This document shows, in pieces, positions 46,050 through 55,534 of a stretch of 64,000 nt of DNA; position 1 is the stretch's first letter, and each line of letters begins with the position of its first letter. Origin of the DNA: a virus. Below the pieces are notes generated by a model. That model did no database searches, was not told where the DNA came from, and saw only the letters and a program-made list of their open reading frames with translations. The stretch lies in IMG/VR virus record IMGVR_UViG_3300030441_000198; one strand, given 5' to 3'. The translations under genes and the position numbers were made by a program.

Positions 46050-46533
46050 ACAAATAGGCTATTATAAATCCGACTGGTACATTATGGGCATTGATGGAAA
46101 ATATAACAATGCCTGTATCTCGCATACAGAATCGCAGCTTCGATATACAGTTCCAAGGTCGCCAGAATGGACAATCAACGGATTGGGTTTTGCTTACCTT
46201 AGAGAACATGGATTTGAAGATTATCCTGAACTCTATGGTATTGTATTCTATGATATGGAGTGGTGGAGACGAAAACGCTATCCGGGTGACTTTTATGTAG
46301 AGATACCAATTTGCGATTCATGTGCGGATACCTTTCATTTAAAATGGCGTTGTAAGGAATTTCGTGTACATCAGTGGTCTAACTTGAGAAAAGAAACAAA
46401 GTGGGTGAAAGGCAGAAGTAACTACACTATTTGTGAGCTCGCCCATAAATTACCACATGAAGAGTTTATTGAGTATTTGAAAGACAACGGCATCTATATT
46501 GTAAACGAAAGTGGTGTTGAACTTGGATGGTAA
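46042..46533 (+). CDS. hypothetical protein
   Basis: 163 aa. Confidence 0.35.
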   Translation: MTKQIGYYKSDWYIMGIDGKYNNACISHTESQLRYTVPRSPEWTINGLGFAYLREHGFEDYPELYGIVFYDMEWWRRKRYPGDFYVEIPICDSCADTFHLKWRCKEFRVHQWSNLRKETKWVKGRSNYTICELAHKLPHEEFIEYLKDNGIYIVNESGVELGW

Positions 46534-46930
46534 AGATGTAAAGCTTTCTCTTGGCGAGAAAATCTTGTTATCAATCATTGTTATATTCGCAACTTTCTTC
46601 ATTGGATATTTTGTATGGGCGATTGGCGACGGTACCTATCGTCATTATAATCCGATTGAGTGGACTGCCACTATTGAAGAACTGGAACCCGGCATCTACG
46701 GATATACATCTACTATGGTATCTAATATCCCAGCAGAAAATTATGAGATGCTTACGGTTCTTTGTGATGGTACTTATGTAAATATTAAAGGACATGTAAA
46801 AATTGTATATGATAGCAACGCTCCATATATCGAATATAAGTCAACCAATACTGTCAATGCTGACTCTGTAATAATTCATGTTCAAAAAGGACAGATTAAA
46901 AATAATGGAGTTAGTACAGTAACGAGGTGA
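46511..46930 (+). CDS. hypothetical membrane-anchored protein
   Basis: N-terminal TM helix; start uncertain. Confidence 0.3.
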   Translation: MVLNLDGKDVKLSLGEKILLSIIVIFATFFIGYFVWAIGDGTYRHYNPIEWTATIEELEPGIYGYTSTMVSNIPAENYEMLTVLCDGTYVNIKGHVKIVYDSNAPYIEYKSTNTVNADSVIIHVQKGQIKNNGVSTVTR

Positions 46931-46970
46931 TTTTTATGGAAGAATTAGGGTTTTATAAAGGAGACCATCA

Positions 46971-47369
46971 ATGAAAGAGCTTGGATATTATACTATCTCT
47001 GCTGACCTGTGTGGCATTGCCCCATACCGTAGAGAAATCTTTTATAAAAAAACTTTGCTACAATACATTGAGAAGAATTTGATTAAAGAATATTCAGTGA
47101 AATTTTATAACAGAGATGGAGCTGGACGTCCAAAATGGATAGGGGAGCCAATTAAAAATCATTTTTATGTTGCCGTCCCAAATATCGGCGAGCACTCAGA
47201 AACAGTAAAAATCAAAAGAAATAGTGACAGTTATATCGAACTGAAGAAGCAATTTCGATACGTCTCTCCGAATAAAGTATCTACTGCGGAAATCATGCAC
47301 GACTTGTCTTTTGAGGAATTTTTAGAGCTTGCACGAGATATGGGTTACGATATTACTAAGCGACCTTGA
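46971..47369 (+). CDS. hypothetical protein
   Basis: 132 aa. Confidence 0.35.
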   Translation: MKELGYYTISADLCGIAPYRREIFYKKTLLQYIEKNLIKEYSVKFYNRDGAGRPKWIGEPIKNHFYVAVPNIGEHSETVKIKRNSDSYIELKKQFRYVSPNKVSTAEIMHDLSFEEFLELARDMGYDITKRP

Positions 47370-47399
47370 TAAAACTTGGATTCTTTATAGGATGGTGAT

Positions 47400-47615
47400 T
47401 TGATGAGACAGGACTGTATAAATATCACGTGCGATAATTGCGGTGAAGAAATAGTTGTAATGACGTACAATGGAGAACCAGACGCTTCCCAAGCAAAAGA
47501 CTGGAATTTAAACGGGCTCAGTTATACGGGAATTAAACATGACTTCTGTCCTGAGTGTACTCGTAAATGGAAGGGTATGATGTGGAACTTCTGGGGCGAA
47601 AAGAAATACGACTAA
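47400..47615 (+). CDS. hypothetical zinc-ribbon protein
   Basis: CDNCGE...CPECTR. Confidence 0.3.
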   Translation: MMRQDCINITCDNCGEEIVVMTYNGEPDASQAKDWNLNGLSYTGIKHDFCPECTRKWKGMMWNFWGEKKYD

Positions 47616-47635
47616 AGAATCGATGGTGAATAATT

Positions 47636-47875
47636 ATGGTGTATATGTGTACTTCGACAAACTGCCCTGTATCTGGTAGCAATAAAACTGGATTTTGTCC
47701 ATTTGAAGACTGCAAAGAATTCAAGACAGGTAACTGCGGACACTGTAAATATTATGCACGACATGAATCCGTTTGTTGTAATCGTAAATCAGAATATTAT
47801 GGAATAGAAATGGGAAGCGATAACGGATGTGAAGAATGGGTTCTTAATATAAAGGAGGTTCACAATGATTATTGA
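47636..47875 (+). CDS. hypothetical Cys-rich protein
   Basis: 79 aa, 11 Cys. Confidence 0.3.
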   Translation: MVYMCTSTNCPVSGSNKTGFCPFEDCKEFKTGNCGHCKYYARHESVCCNRKSEYYGIEMGSDNGCEEWVLNIKEVHNDY

Positions 47876-48704
47876 CTGCAAATCTATCGCACAAGATATC
47901 AAAAATAAAATCAAGAATATTATCAAGAATATTATCGCAGAAGCCGACTACGCTCCTGTTTTATATATTTATCAAGTAGGGGACAACCCTGCATCCAATG
48001 CTTATATTCGCGGCAAGTTGCGTGACTGTGAAGAGGTGGGAATCGAAGCAGAACTTATCAAACTGCCGGAAGACATCACTGAAGACGAATTAAACAATAA
48101 AATACTGGAAGATTATAACTGGGAAGATGTGGACGGTATCATCGTCCAACTTCCGCTTCCAAAACATATCAATCCTAAAAATATCTACATTCCAGACGCA
48201 GTTGATGTTGATGGATTTAATTCTACATCCAAATTTCAGCCTTGCACTCCGCTGGGCGTTATGAAGATTTTTGACTCCATCGGTTACGATCTGGATGGCA
48301 AGAATGTGCTTGTGTGTGGTCAATCTGATATCGTAGGTCGTCCGTTGGTCAATATGCTGATTAAGCGGCACTGTAATGTGATCTCTGTTAATAGTACTGG
48401 CTCCCGCATGAAGGCTACAACTTTTGGATTTGGAATGGTCAATGTCGTCGTTTCTGCTGTTGGCAAACGCAACTTTATCACGCCGAGAGAATTAGATCAA
48501 GTTGAAGTGTGTATCGATGTTGGTATCAATTATGACAAAAACGGCAAGCAGCACGGCGACTGCGCTGATGATGTCTATAAGATGGAAGATATCAAGGTGA
48601 CTCCTCGTATCGGTGGGGTCGGCCTTATGACCCGTGCCATGCTCTTATATAATGTGTGCGTGGCTAAATATGGTGAAGAGAAGATGGAGGAGGTGATTGG
48701 ATGA
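47865..48704 (+). CDS. folD: bifunctional methylenetetrahydrofolate dehydrogenase/cyclohydrolase FolD
   Basis: PASNAYIRGK, IVQLPLP, CTPLGVMKIF, GRPLVNMLI, PRIGGVGLMTRAMLL FolD motifs. Confidence 0.65.
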   Translation: MIIDCKSIAQDIKNKIKNIIKNIIAEADYAPVLYIYQVGDNPASNAYIRGKLRDCEEVGIEAELIKLPEDITEDELNNKILEDYNWEDVDGIIVQLPLPKHINPKNIYIPDAVDVDGFNSTSKFQPCTPLGVMKIFDSIGYDLDGKNVLVCGQSDIVGRPLVNMLIKRHCNVISVNSTGSRMKATTFGFGMVNVVVSAVGKRNFITPRELDQVEVCIDVGINYDKNGKQHGDCADDVYKMEDIKVTPRIGGVGLMTRAMLLYNVCVAKYGEEKMEEVIG

Positions 48705-48895
48705 ATGAAGTCCCAATTTGGGAAAAGACAACCCTGACAATCGAGGAAGCAGCGGCGTATTCTAATATCGGCCAATGCAAAATACGTGAACTTCTCCAAG
48801 ATAGAAATTGCCCGTTTATAATGTTTGTTGGTAAAAAGCAACTTGTTAAACGAAAAGCATTTGAAAGATACATAGAACAAACATATTCCATTTGA
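48701..48895 (+). CDS. excisionase/HTH DNA-binding protein (Xis-like)
   Basis: LTIEEAAAYSNIGQCKIRELL helix-turn-helix; immediately upstream of the integrase. Confidence 0.5.
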   Translation: MNEVPIWEKTTLTIEEAAAYSNIGQCKIRELLQDRNCPFIMFVGKKQLVKRKAFERYIEQTYSI

Positions 48896-48965
48896 ATGTA
48901 TGGCTCTGATGTGATATAATCAAATTGTCACATCGGAGCTCTTTATTTAACGTAAGGAGCTTATT

Positions 48966-50123
48966 ATGGAAAGACGTAAAGATAATAAAGGCCGTGTTTT
49001 GAAAGAGGGTGAGTCGCAACGCAAAGATGGTCTATACCAGTATCGTTGGACAGATAAGTTTGGAAAGCGCCGCACTATTTATTCTGGCGACTTGAAAGAA
49101 TTAAGAGTAAGGATTGAAAATTTAACAGAGTCTGAAATACAAGGAATCGACCCAATAGCAAACTCAATGACGGTGAAAGAGCTCGTAAAAAAATATTCCG
49201 ATCTTCACAAGCCGTCTTTAAAGGAGACAACAACAAAGAATATAGACACTTTTATGAAAATACTTTCTGGGTGTACTTTTGCCAATAAAACAATCGCATC
49301 AATAACACCGACAGAAGCAAAAGTGTTCATGAAAGAACTGTATGATAAGGGGTACTGTTATGGTACAATAAATAACTATAAAGGAATACTACGACCGGCT
49401 TTTGAACTTGCCTGCGATGATAAAATTTTGTCAAGGAATCCTTTTGGCTTTCAACTGTCAAAAGTTGTGCCAAAAGAAAACAAGACAAAAACTATTCTGT
49501 CGAATGAACAATTTTCAAGCCTTGTTGATTTCTGCAAAAAAGATATCTATCTCAGTCAACACGTTGATGAACTTATAATTTTATATGAGACCGGACTTCG
49601 TGTTAGTGAGTTTTGTGGATTAACCGTAAGTGACATTGATTTAGAGCAGGGAATTGTAAATGTGAACCACCAGCTTGTATACCTTCATGGAGAGTTCTCA
49701 ATCCAATCTCCGAAAACAAAAAGTGGTGTACGCATCATACCAATGTCGCGAAAAGCCAGAGAAGCATTTTCACACATTATAAGTACAAGACCACAGCTGG
49801 ATGAAGAGCCGAGCGTAAGTGGATATAGTGGTTTTCTACAAGTCAGTTACAAAAACAGCCCTCGTTCAGCAGTTAGTGTTGAATCAAATGTGCGACAAGC
49901 TATACAGAGGTACAATAAGGTTAATCCGCAAGAGCAACTGCCAACCGCAATCACACCTCATACTTTAAGGCATATGTTCTGCACCAGAATGGTAGAGTCT
50001 GGAATGAACATTAAAGCCGTCCAGTATGTGATGGGGCACAGTAAAGTCAATATGACATTAGATGTTTATAGTCATGTGGATGCTGAAAAAGTAGTTGCGG
50101 AATTCCGAAAGATGATTCAGTAA
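48966..50123 (+). CDS. int: tyrosine-type site-specific integrase (phage)
   Basis: Catalytic C-terminus TPHTLRHMFCTRMVESGMNIKAVQYVMGHSKVNMTLDVYSHV (R..H..R..Y); lies at the phage/host GC junction. Confidence 0.7.
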   Translation: MERRKDNKGRVLKEGESQRKDGLYQYRWTDKFGKRRTIYSGDLKELRVRIENLTESEIQGIDPIANSMTVKELVKKYSDLHKPSLKETTTKNIDTFMKILSGCTFANKTIASITPTEAKVFMKELYDKGYCYGTINNYKGILRPAFELACDDKILSRNPFGFQLSKVVPKENKTKTILSNEQFSSLVDFCKKDIYLSQHVDELIILYETGLRVSEFCGLTVSDIDLEQGIVNVNHQLVYLHGEFSIQSPKTKSGVRIIPMSRKAREAFSHIISTRPQLDEEPSVSGYSGFLQVSYKNSPRSAVSVESNVRQAIQRYNKVNPQEQLPTAITPHTLRHMFCTRMVESGMNIKAVQYVMGHSKVNMTLDVYSHVDAEKVVAEFRKMIQ

Positions 50124-50176
50124 TTTTATGTACTTTATAAGAATGAATTGTCAACTTCCTATAAATTGGACGATTT

Positions 50177-50199
50177 TTACTACACCAGTTACTACACCA
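50177..50199 (+). repeat. direct repeat TTACTACACCA x2 (candidate integrase arm-type sites)
   Basis: Tandem copies 50177-50187 and 50189-50199 between the integrase and the GC shift. Confidence 0.4.
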
Positions 50200-50355
50200 C
50201 TTTTTCAAATCTGGTATGATATAATATAACGGAATATAAACTAGACGAGCGTGCAATAAAGAGCGGTAGAAAAGCAAGAAGAAGAAAAATAACGAATTAT
50301 CGTTACGAATACAAAAACAAACAATAACTCGAGCGAAAATATGTGCAAAGTGTAA

Positions 50356-50377
50356 AAATTACAAAAAAATTACAAAA
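50356..50377 (+). repeat. direct repeat AAATTACAAAA x2 in att region
   Basis: Exact tandem 11-mers. Confidence 0.4.
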
Positions 50378-50382
50378 CCCTA

Positions 50383-50411
50383 TTGCAAAATGGTTTCAAA
50401 AGAGTTACAAT
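50383..50411 (+). promoter_or_regulatory. near-consensus sigma70 promoter (TTGCAA-17-TACAAT) at the GC junction
   Basis: TTGCAA 50383-50388, TACAAT 50406-50411. Confidence 0.45.
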
Positions 50412-50417
50412 ATGGTT

Positions 50418-50598
50418 ACAGCAAGGGCAAAGCCCCAAGGCTGTGTGTGAAATCTTTTTCTTCTTGTTTTTTGGGATACTGGGCGCGGGTCCTCCTCCTC
50501 CGGCTGTTCTCCTTCACAGCTATGACCCATGCGCCGCACAGGCAGTGTCCCGCTTCGTGTGCAAAAGGGCTCGTCCGGTGTTTCGGACGAGCTTTTTT
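50418..50598 (+). ncRNA. candidate small RNA / cis-regulatory RNA (about 180 nt, GC-rich) bounded by promoter and intrinsic terminator
   Basis: Promoter at 50383-50411 and strong terminator at 50569-50598; the only ORFs inside look spurious. Function unknown. Confidence 0.3.
50569..50598 (+). terminator. rho-independent terminator
   Basis: GCTCGTCCG-GTGTTT-CGGACGAGC followed by TTTTTT. Confidence 0.7.
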
Positions 50599-50838
50599 GC
50601 ATTCTGCAAGCCCTGTTTTGCCTGCAAAAGTGATACTTCAAAAATCAAAGTATGACCAATGCCCGAAAACGCTTGGCAATTTGTCTGTTTTTCCGCAAAG
50701 GACAATTATAAAGTTTGGCGCGGCAGGGGTTTGTATTCTTGCGGGCTTTGTGGTAAAGTATATACAATCAATTTATAAGCAGCAAACATGAATGATTTTG
50801 ATGCTGATTTGTATCGGATGCGTTAAGAGAAAAGGAGT

Positions 50839-52359
50839 TTGATTATGGCTTATTTCTACGAAGAACCCTCCCGCACCTTTGGCGAGTACCTGCTGGTCCC
50901 CGGCTATTCCTCTGCGGAGAATGTGCCCACGGCGGTCAGCCTGAAGACCCCGCTGGTCAAGTACCGCAAGGGACAGGAGGAGTGCCCGCTGCAGATGAAT
51001 ATCCCCATGATCAGCGCCATCATGCAGTCGGTCTCCGGCGATAAGCTGGCCATTGCACTGGCTCGTCAGGGCGGCGTTTCCTTTATCTATGGCTCTCAGA
51101 GCATTGAGAACGAGGCTGCCATGGTGCGCCGCGTCAAGAGCTTCAAGGCCGGTTATGTGGTGTCCGATTCCAATCTGGCTCCCACTGCCACCTTGCATGA
51201 TGTGCTGGAACTGAAGGCACGCACCGGCCACTCCACCATCGCCATCACTGCCGACGGCACTCCTAACGGCAAGCTGCTGGGCATCGTGGCTTCCCGCGAT
51301 TACCGCGTCAACCACACCCCGGACGACGCCTGCGTTACCACCTTTATGACCCCCGTTGAAAAGCTGGTCACCGCTCCGGCCAACACCTCCCTGCACGATT
51401 GCAACAACATCATCTGGGACAACAAGATCAACACCCTGCCGCTGGTGGATGCCGAGGGCAATCTGGTGTATATGGTATTCCGCAAGGACTACGATTCCCA
51501 CAAGGCAAACGTCAACGAGCTGCTGGACAAGAACAAGAGCTACGTTGTAGGTGCTGGCATCAACACCCGCGACTACGCTCAGCGCGTGCCTGCACTGGTA
51601 GAGGCCGGTGTGGATGTGCTGTGCATCGACTCCTCCGAGGGCTACTCCGAGTGGCAGAGCCGCACCATCGGCTGGATCCGCGAGCACTACGGCGATACCG
51701 TCAAGGTGGGTGCCGGCAACGTGGTGGACGCCGAGGGCTTCCGCTTTCTGGCTGAGGCTGGTGCAGACTTTGTGAAGATCGGTATCGGCGGCGGCTCCAT
51801 CTGCATCACCCGCGAGACCAAGGGCATCGGCCGTGGTCAGGCTACCGCTGTCATCGAGGTTGCCAAGGCTCGTGACGAGTACTACAAGGAGACCGGCATC
51901 TATGTGCCCATCTGCTCCGATGGCGGTATCGTCCACGACTACCACATCACCCTTGCACTGGCTATGGGCGCAGACTTCGTGATGCTGGGCCGCTACTTTG
52001 CCCGCTTTGACGAGAGCCCCACGAACAAGGTGCGCATCAACGGCCAGTATATGAAGGAGTACTGGGGCGAAGGCTCCAACCGTGCCCGCAACTGGCAGCG
52101 CTACGACTTGGGCGGCTCCACCAAACTGAGCTTTGAGGAGGGCGTGGACAGCTATGTGCCTTACGCCGGTCCTCTGGCAGACGGCGTGCAGACCACCCTG
52201 TACAAGGTGAAGAGCACCATGTGCAACTGTGGCGCTCTGTCCATCCCCGAGCTGCAGCAGAAGGCCAAGCTGACCGTTGTTTCTTCCACCTCCATCGTGG
52301 AGGGCGGCAGCCACGACGTTGTGCTGAAGAACGCCACCCCCAGCATCATGAACGGCTAA
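50839..52359 (+). CDS. guaB: IMP dehydrogenase GuaB (host)
   Basis: IMPDH catalytic region [24 protein letters not shown] and CBS-domain insert; high GC, RBS AAAGGAG. Confidence 0.75.
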   Translation: MIMAYFYEEPSRTFGEYLLVPGYSSAENVPTAVSLKTPLVKYRKGQEECPLQMNIPMISAIMQSVSGDKLAIALARQGGVSFIYGSQSIENEAAMVRRVKSFKAGYVVSDSNLAPTATLHDVLELKARTGHSTIAITADGTPNGKLLGIVASRDYRVNHTPDDACVTTFMTPVEKLVTAPANTSLHDCNNIIWDNKINTLPLVDAEGNLVYMVFRKDYDSHKANVNELLDKNKSYVVGAGINTRDYAQRVPALVEAGVDVLCIDSSEGYSEWQSRTIGWIREHYGDTVKVGAGNVVDAEGFRFLAEAGADFVKIGIGGGSICITRETKGIGRGQATAVIEVAKARDEYYKETGIYVPICSDGGIVHDYHITLALAMGADFVMLGRYFARFDESPTNKVRINGQYMKEYWGEGSNRARNWQRYDLGGSTKLSFEEGVDSYVPYAGPLADGVQTTLYKVKSTMCNCGALSIPELQQKAKLTVVSSTSIVEGGSHDVVLKNATPSIMNG

Positions 52360-52395
52360 GCCTGTTCTGAAAAGAATCTATTGATTTAAGCGCAG

Positions 52396-52430
52396 AGACC
52401 GCTGCACAGCGTTTGTGCAGCGGTCTTTTT
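52396..52430 (+). terminator. rho-independent terminator after guaB
   Basis: AGACCGCTGCACA-GCGTT-TGTGCAGCGGTCT + TTTTT. Confidence 0.7.
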
Positions 52431-52443
52431 GCGCGAAAATACT

Positions 52444-52495
52444 TGCACCGGCAGGGGAATCGTGCTATCATGATAGAAACGCTCTGTCATGACAG
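52444..52495 (+). promoter_or_regulatory. pncB promoter (TTGCAC-17-TATCAT) with two 12-bp palindromic operator candidates
   Basis: CTATCATGATAG (52466-52477) overlaps the -10; CTGTCATGACAG (52484-52495) sits just downstream. Shared consensus CTRTCATGAYAG. Confidence 0.45.
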
Positions 52496-52582
52496 GGCGG
52501 AGGATCCCCCTGCCGGGCAAGCGGCAGGCGGCGCGCAGTAGGGAAGAGCTGACGCCGGGTATAAATAGAGAGGAAAACATTC

Positions 52583-54100
52583 ATGAACGAGATCAAGGTT
52601 GAGCCTTATATCCCCGATGAGGACTACGATAACCCCGCGATGGTGGTGGATTTTTATGAATTCACCATGGCAAACTGCCTGTTCCTGCATGGCTTTAAGA
52701 ATACCACGCTGGTGTTTGATATGTTCTTCCGCAAAAACCCGGATAATCAGGGCTATTCCATCAGCGCAGGCCAGCGCAAGCTGACCCGCTTTTTGCTGGA
52801 ATATCACTTCAATGAGCAGGATATCCACTGGCTGCGCACCAAGGGCATGAGCGAGGAGTTCTGCGAGTATCTGCGCACCTACAAGTGGAAGGGCGATATG
52901 TACGCCCTGCCCGAGGGCACGGTCTGCTACCCCCATGTGCAGATGGTGCGCATCGAGTGCGATCTGGTGGGCGCGATCCTCATCGAGACCTACCTGCTGC
53001 AGACCATGAATTTCCATAGCCTGATCGCCACCAAGGCCACCCGCGTCACCGGCCTGAACACCCACACCCCCCGCAACGTCATGGAGTTCGGCACCCGCCG
53101 CGCACAGGGCGAGAGCGCCGGTAACGATGGCGCTTACGCAGCAGTGCTGGGTGGCTGCATCGGTACGGCCAACTGTCTGGCAGAGATGAAGTTCGGTGCA
53201 GAGGTCAAGGCCGTGGGCACTGTGGCACACAGCTTTATCGAGTTTTTCCCCACCGAGTTCGATGCCTTCAAGGCCTTTGCCGATACCTACCCGGATTCGG
53301 TCAGCCTGCTGCTGGATACCTATAATATTATGGAAAGCGGCCTGCCCAACCTGATCAAGCTGGACGATTATCTCATTGAGAAATACCCCAATGACCCCAA
53401 TCGCCGTGTCAAGAGCGCCCGCATCGACTCCGGCGACCTTGCCCGCGGCTCCAAGCGGCTGCGTAAGGCTCTGGATGCCGCCGGCAAGCCCTACATCAAG
53501 CTGGTGGCCTCCAACGGTCTGGATGAGAAGAAAATCGCCAACATGGAACTGTACGAGCACGCACACTTCGACTCCTACGGCGTGGGCGAAAACCTCATCA
53601 CTTCTGCCTCCGACCCCGTGTTCGGCGGCGTATACAAGCTGGTGGCGGTGAAGAAGCCGGACGGCAGCTACACCCCCAAGATGAAGTGCTCGGACTCCGC
53701 CAGCAAGGCTATCATCCCGGGCAAGAAGATGCCGTGGCGTCTGTACGACGAAAACGGTCAGGCACAGTGCGACCTGATTGCCATGGACGGCGAGGTCATC
53801 GAGGCCGGTAAGCCGGTCACCATGGTCAATCTGGACTCGGACGCCATCGAACGCACCATCACCTTTATCCCCACCGCTGTGCGCCCGCTGTTGGTGCCGC
53901 ATATTCTGGGCGGCGAGCTGGCCATTGAACTGCCCTCTATTGCAGAAAAGAAGGCCTATATTGCAAAGCAGCTCACCGAGGAGACATGGGAGAGCGAGTT
54001 GCGTCTGGAATGCCCCCACAAACACTACGTCAACATGACCCCCGCAGTGGCCGAGTGCCGCTCCCGGATGTACGCCGAGCTGCACGGAGGCAAGGTGTAA
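52583..54100 (+). CDS. pncB: nicotinate phosphoribosyltransferase PncB (host)
   Basis: NAPRTase family signature regions (MVVDFYEFTMANCLF, GTRRAQG, IDSGDL). Confidence 0.7.
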   Translation: MNEIKVEPYIPDEDYDNPAMVVDFYEFTMANCLFLHGFKNTTLVFDMFFRKNPDNQGYSISAGQRKLTRFLLEYHFNEQDIHWLRTKGMSEEFCEYLRTYKWKGDMYALPEGTVCYPHVQMVRIECDLVGAILIETYLLQTMNFHSLIATKATRVTGLNTHTPRNVMEFGTRRAQGESAGNDGAYAAVLGGCIGTANCLAEMKFGAEVKAVGTVAHSFIEFFPTEFDAFKAFADTYPDSVSLLLDTYNIMESGLPNLIKLDDYLIEKYPNDPNRRVKSARIDSGDLARGSKRLRKALDAAGKPYIKLVASNGLDEKKIANMELYEHAHFDSYGVGENLITSASDPVFGGVYKLVAVKKPDGSYTPKMKCSDSASKAIIPGKKMPWRLYDENGQAQCDLIAMDGEVIEAGKPVTMVNLDSDAIERTITFIPTAVRPLLVPHILGGELAIELPSIAEKKAYIAKQLTEETWESELRLECPHKHYVNMTPAVAECRSRMYAELHGGKV

Positions 54101-54124
54101 GCAGCACCGAATAAGCGGTTTTTC

Positions 54125-54153
54125 TTGACAAAACAGGGAAACTATTGTATCAT
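54125..54153 (+). promoter_or_regulatory. sigma70 promoter (TTGACA-17-TATCAT) upstream of tRNA-Leu
   Basis: TTGACA 54125-54130, TATCAT 54148-54153. Confidence 0.45.
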
Positions 54154-54292
54154 AAAAGCCGCTGATTTAATAAAAATGTTAATACCACCAGATTGCGAAT
54201 AGCAGTGTGGTTGTAATAATTTTTCCTCACACCTGTTATTCCCGGCTCCCTCTCAAGCCAGAGGGCAGCAGGACTTTGTAAGCCGGGGTTGC

Positions 54293-54376
54293 GCCGCTGT
54301 GGTGAAATTGGCAGACACGAGGGACTTAAAATCCCTTTCTGGAGACAGAGTACGGGTTCGACCCCCGTCGGCGGCA
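54293..54376 (+). tRNA. tRNA-Leu (anticodon TAA), host-type (GC-rich), class II
   Basis: Acceptor GCCGCTG/CGGCGGC, anticodon arm AGGGA-CTTAAAA-TCCCT, variable arm, T-arm ACGGG-TTCGACC-CCCGT. Confidence 0.65.
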
Positions 54377-54498
54377 TGGAGACGCCCAGAATCGTTCGTT
54401 GATTCGAATGATTCTGGGCTTTTTCTTTTTGCGCCATTTTCTGGAAGTGCTGAGCGGGCGAGAGGGATTTTTCGCGAAAAAAGGAGGAGTCTCTCTCG

Positions 54499-55460
54499 TG
54501 CGTAATCGTGATTTAAGACCCGCTGCCAAGGCAAACCCCACCATCCAACAGGCCTTTGAAAGGTTCCAAAAGTACAACCGGCTCAAGAACCTCTCCCAAG
54601 GCTCACTCGACTTCTACGCCGCAAAGGGCAGAAGCTTCTTTCGGTTTCTGGGGGATACGGAGCAGCCCATCCATACCATCACAGAGGAAACGGTGGAGGA
54701 CTATATCTTCTATATGAAGGACCAGCAGCTCCACGATACGACCATCAATACGAACCTCCGCATGGTGCGTGCGTTTTTGTACTGGTGCATGGAAAAGGGC
54801 TATCTGGAAAAGTATCCTATCAGACTGGTGCGTGCAGATGATCCGATCAAGGAACCCTACACCACCGACGAATTGCAGAAGCTATTGAAGGAACCGGACT
54901 GCAAGACCTGCTCCTTTGCCGAATACCGCAATTGGGTCATTGTCAACTTCCTGCTTGGTACCGGCTGCCGTGCGTCCACGCTGCTCAACCTGCAGATCGG
55001 AGATTTGGACCTTTCCGCCGGGACAGTGTTTTTCCGCCACATGAAGGCGCGTAATCAGCAAATCGTGCCGCTCTCTAAGGCACTGGTCAAGATCATGGAG
55101 GAGTATCTGGAGCATCGTACCAGCGACCCTACAGCCCCGTTGTTTGTCTCGGAGTATGGCAACCAGATGACCCTGAATTCGCTCGGAAATGCGATTTGGA
55201 ATTATAATCATAGCAGAGGTGTGGATAAGACCTCTATGCACCTGTTCCGGCACACCTATGCGAAGCTGTATATCCAAGCTGGCGGCGACCCGTTCCGTCT
55301 GCAAAAGCTGCTGGGACACGCAGACCTCACCATGACCCGGCGGTATGTGGCACTGTATGCGGACGACCTGAGAGCCAACTATGACGCCCTGAACCCTCTA
55401 GAGCAGCTGACCCGCCAAAATCGCCACGGAGATAAGATCAAGATGGTAAAGGGAAACTGA
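54499..55460 (+). CDS. int: tyrosine-type site-specific integrase (second integrative element, tRNA-adjacent)
   Basis: GTG start after AAAGGAGGAG; catalytic region HLFRHTYAKLYIQAGGDPFRLQKLLGHADLTMTRRYVALY; directly follows tRNA-Leu. Confidence 0.65.
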
Positions 55461-55534
55461 AAATGGGTCAATATCCCTTGAGCAAAACGAGATGATATGG
55501 TATAGTGAAATCAAAAAAGGAGACGCGGATCAAT

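Noticed and set aside
50383-50791. + strand ORFs 50383-50655 and 50390-50791
   Set aside because: They lie in the GC-rich promoter-to-terminator segment, lack an RBS, read as low-complexity sequence, and 50390-50791 reads through a strong intrinsic terminator hairpin (50569-50598); better explained as non-coding RNA or leader.
51356-51755. Overlapping + strand ORFs inside guaB in other frames
   Set aside because: Alternative-frame artefacts of GC-rich coding sequence.
50773-52314. 513-aa ORF on the minus strand
   Set aside because: Antisense to guaB, whose IMPDH motifs are unambiguous; Ala/Gly/Val-rich product typical of spurious ORFs in GC-rich DNA.
52487-54085. 532-aa ORF on the minus strand
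   Set aside because: Antisense to pncB; low-complexity GC-driven ORF.
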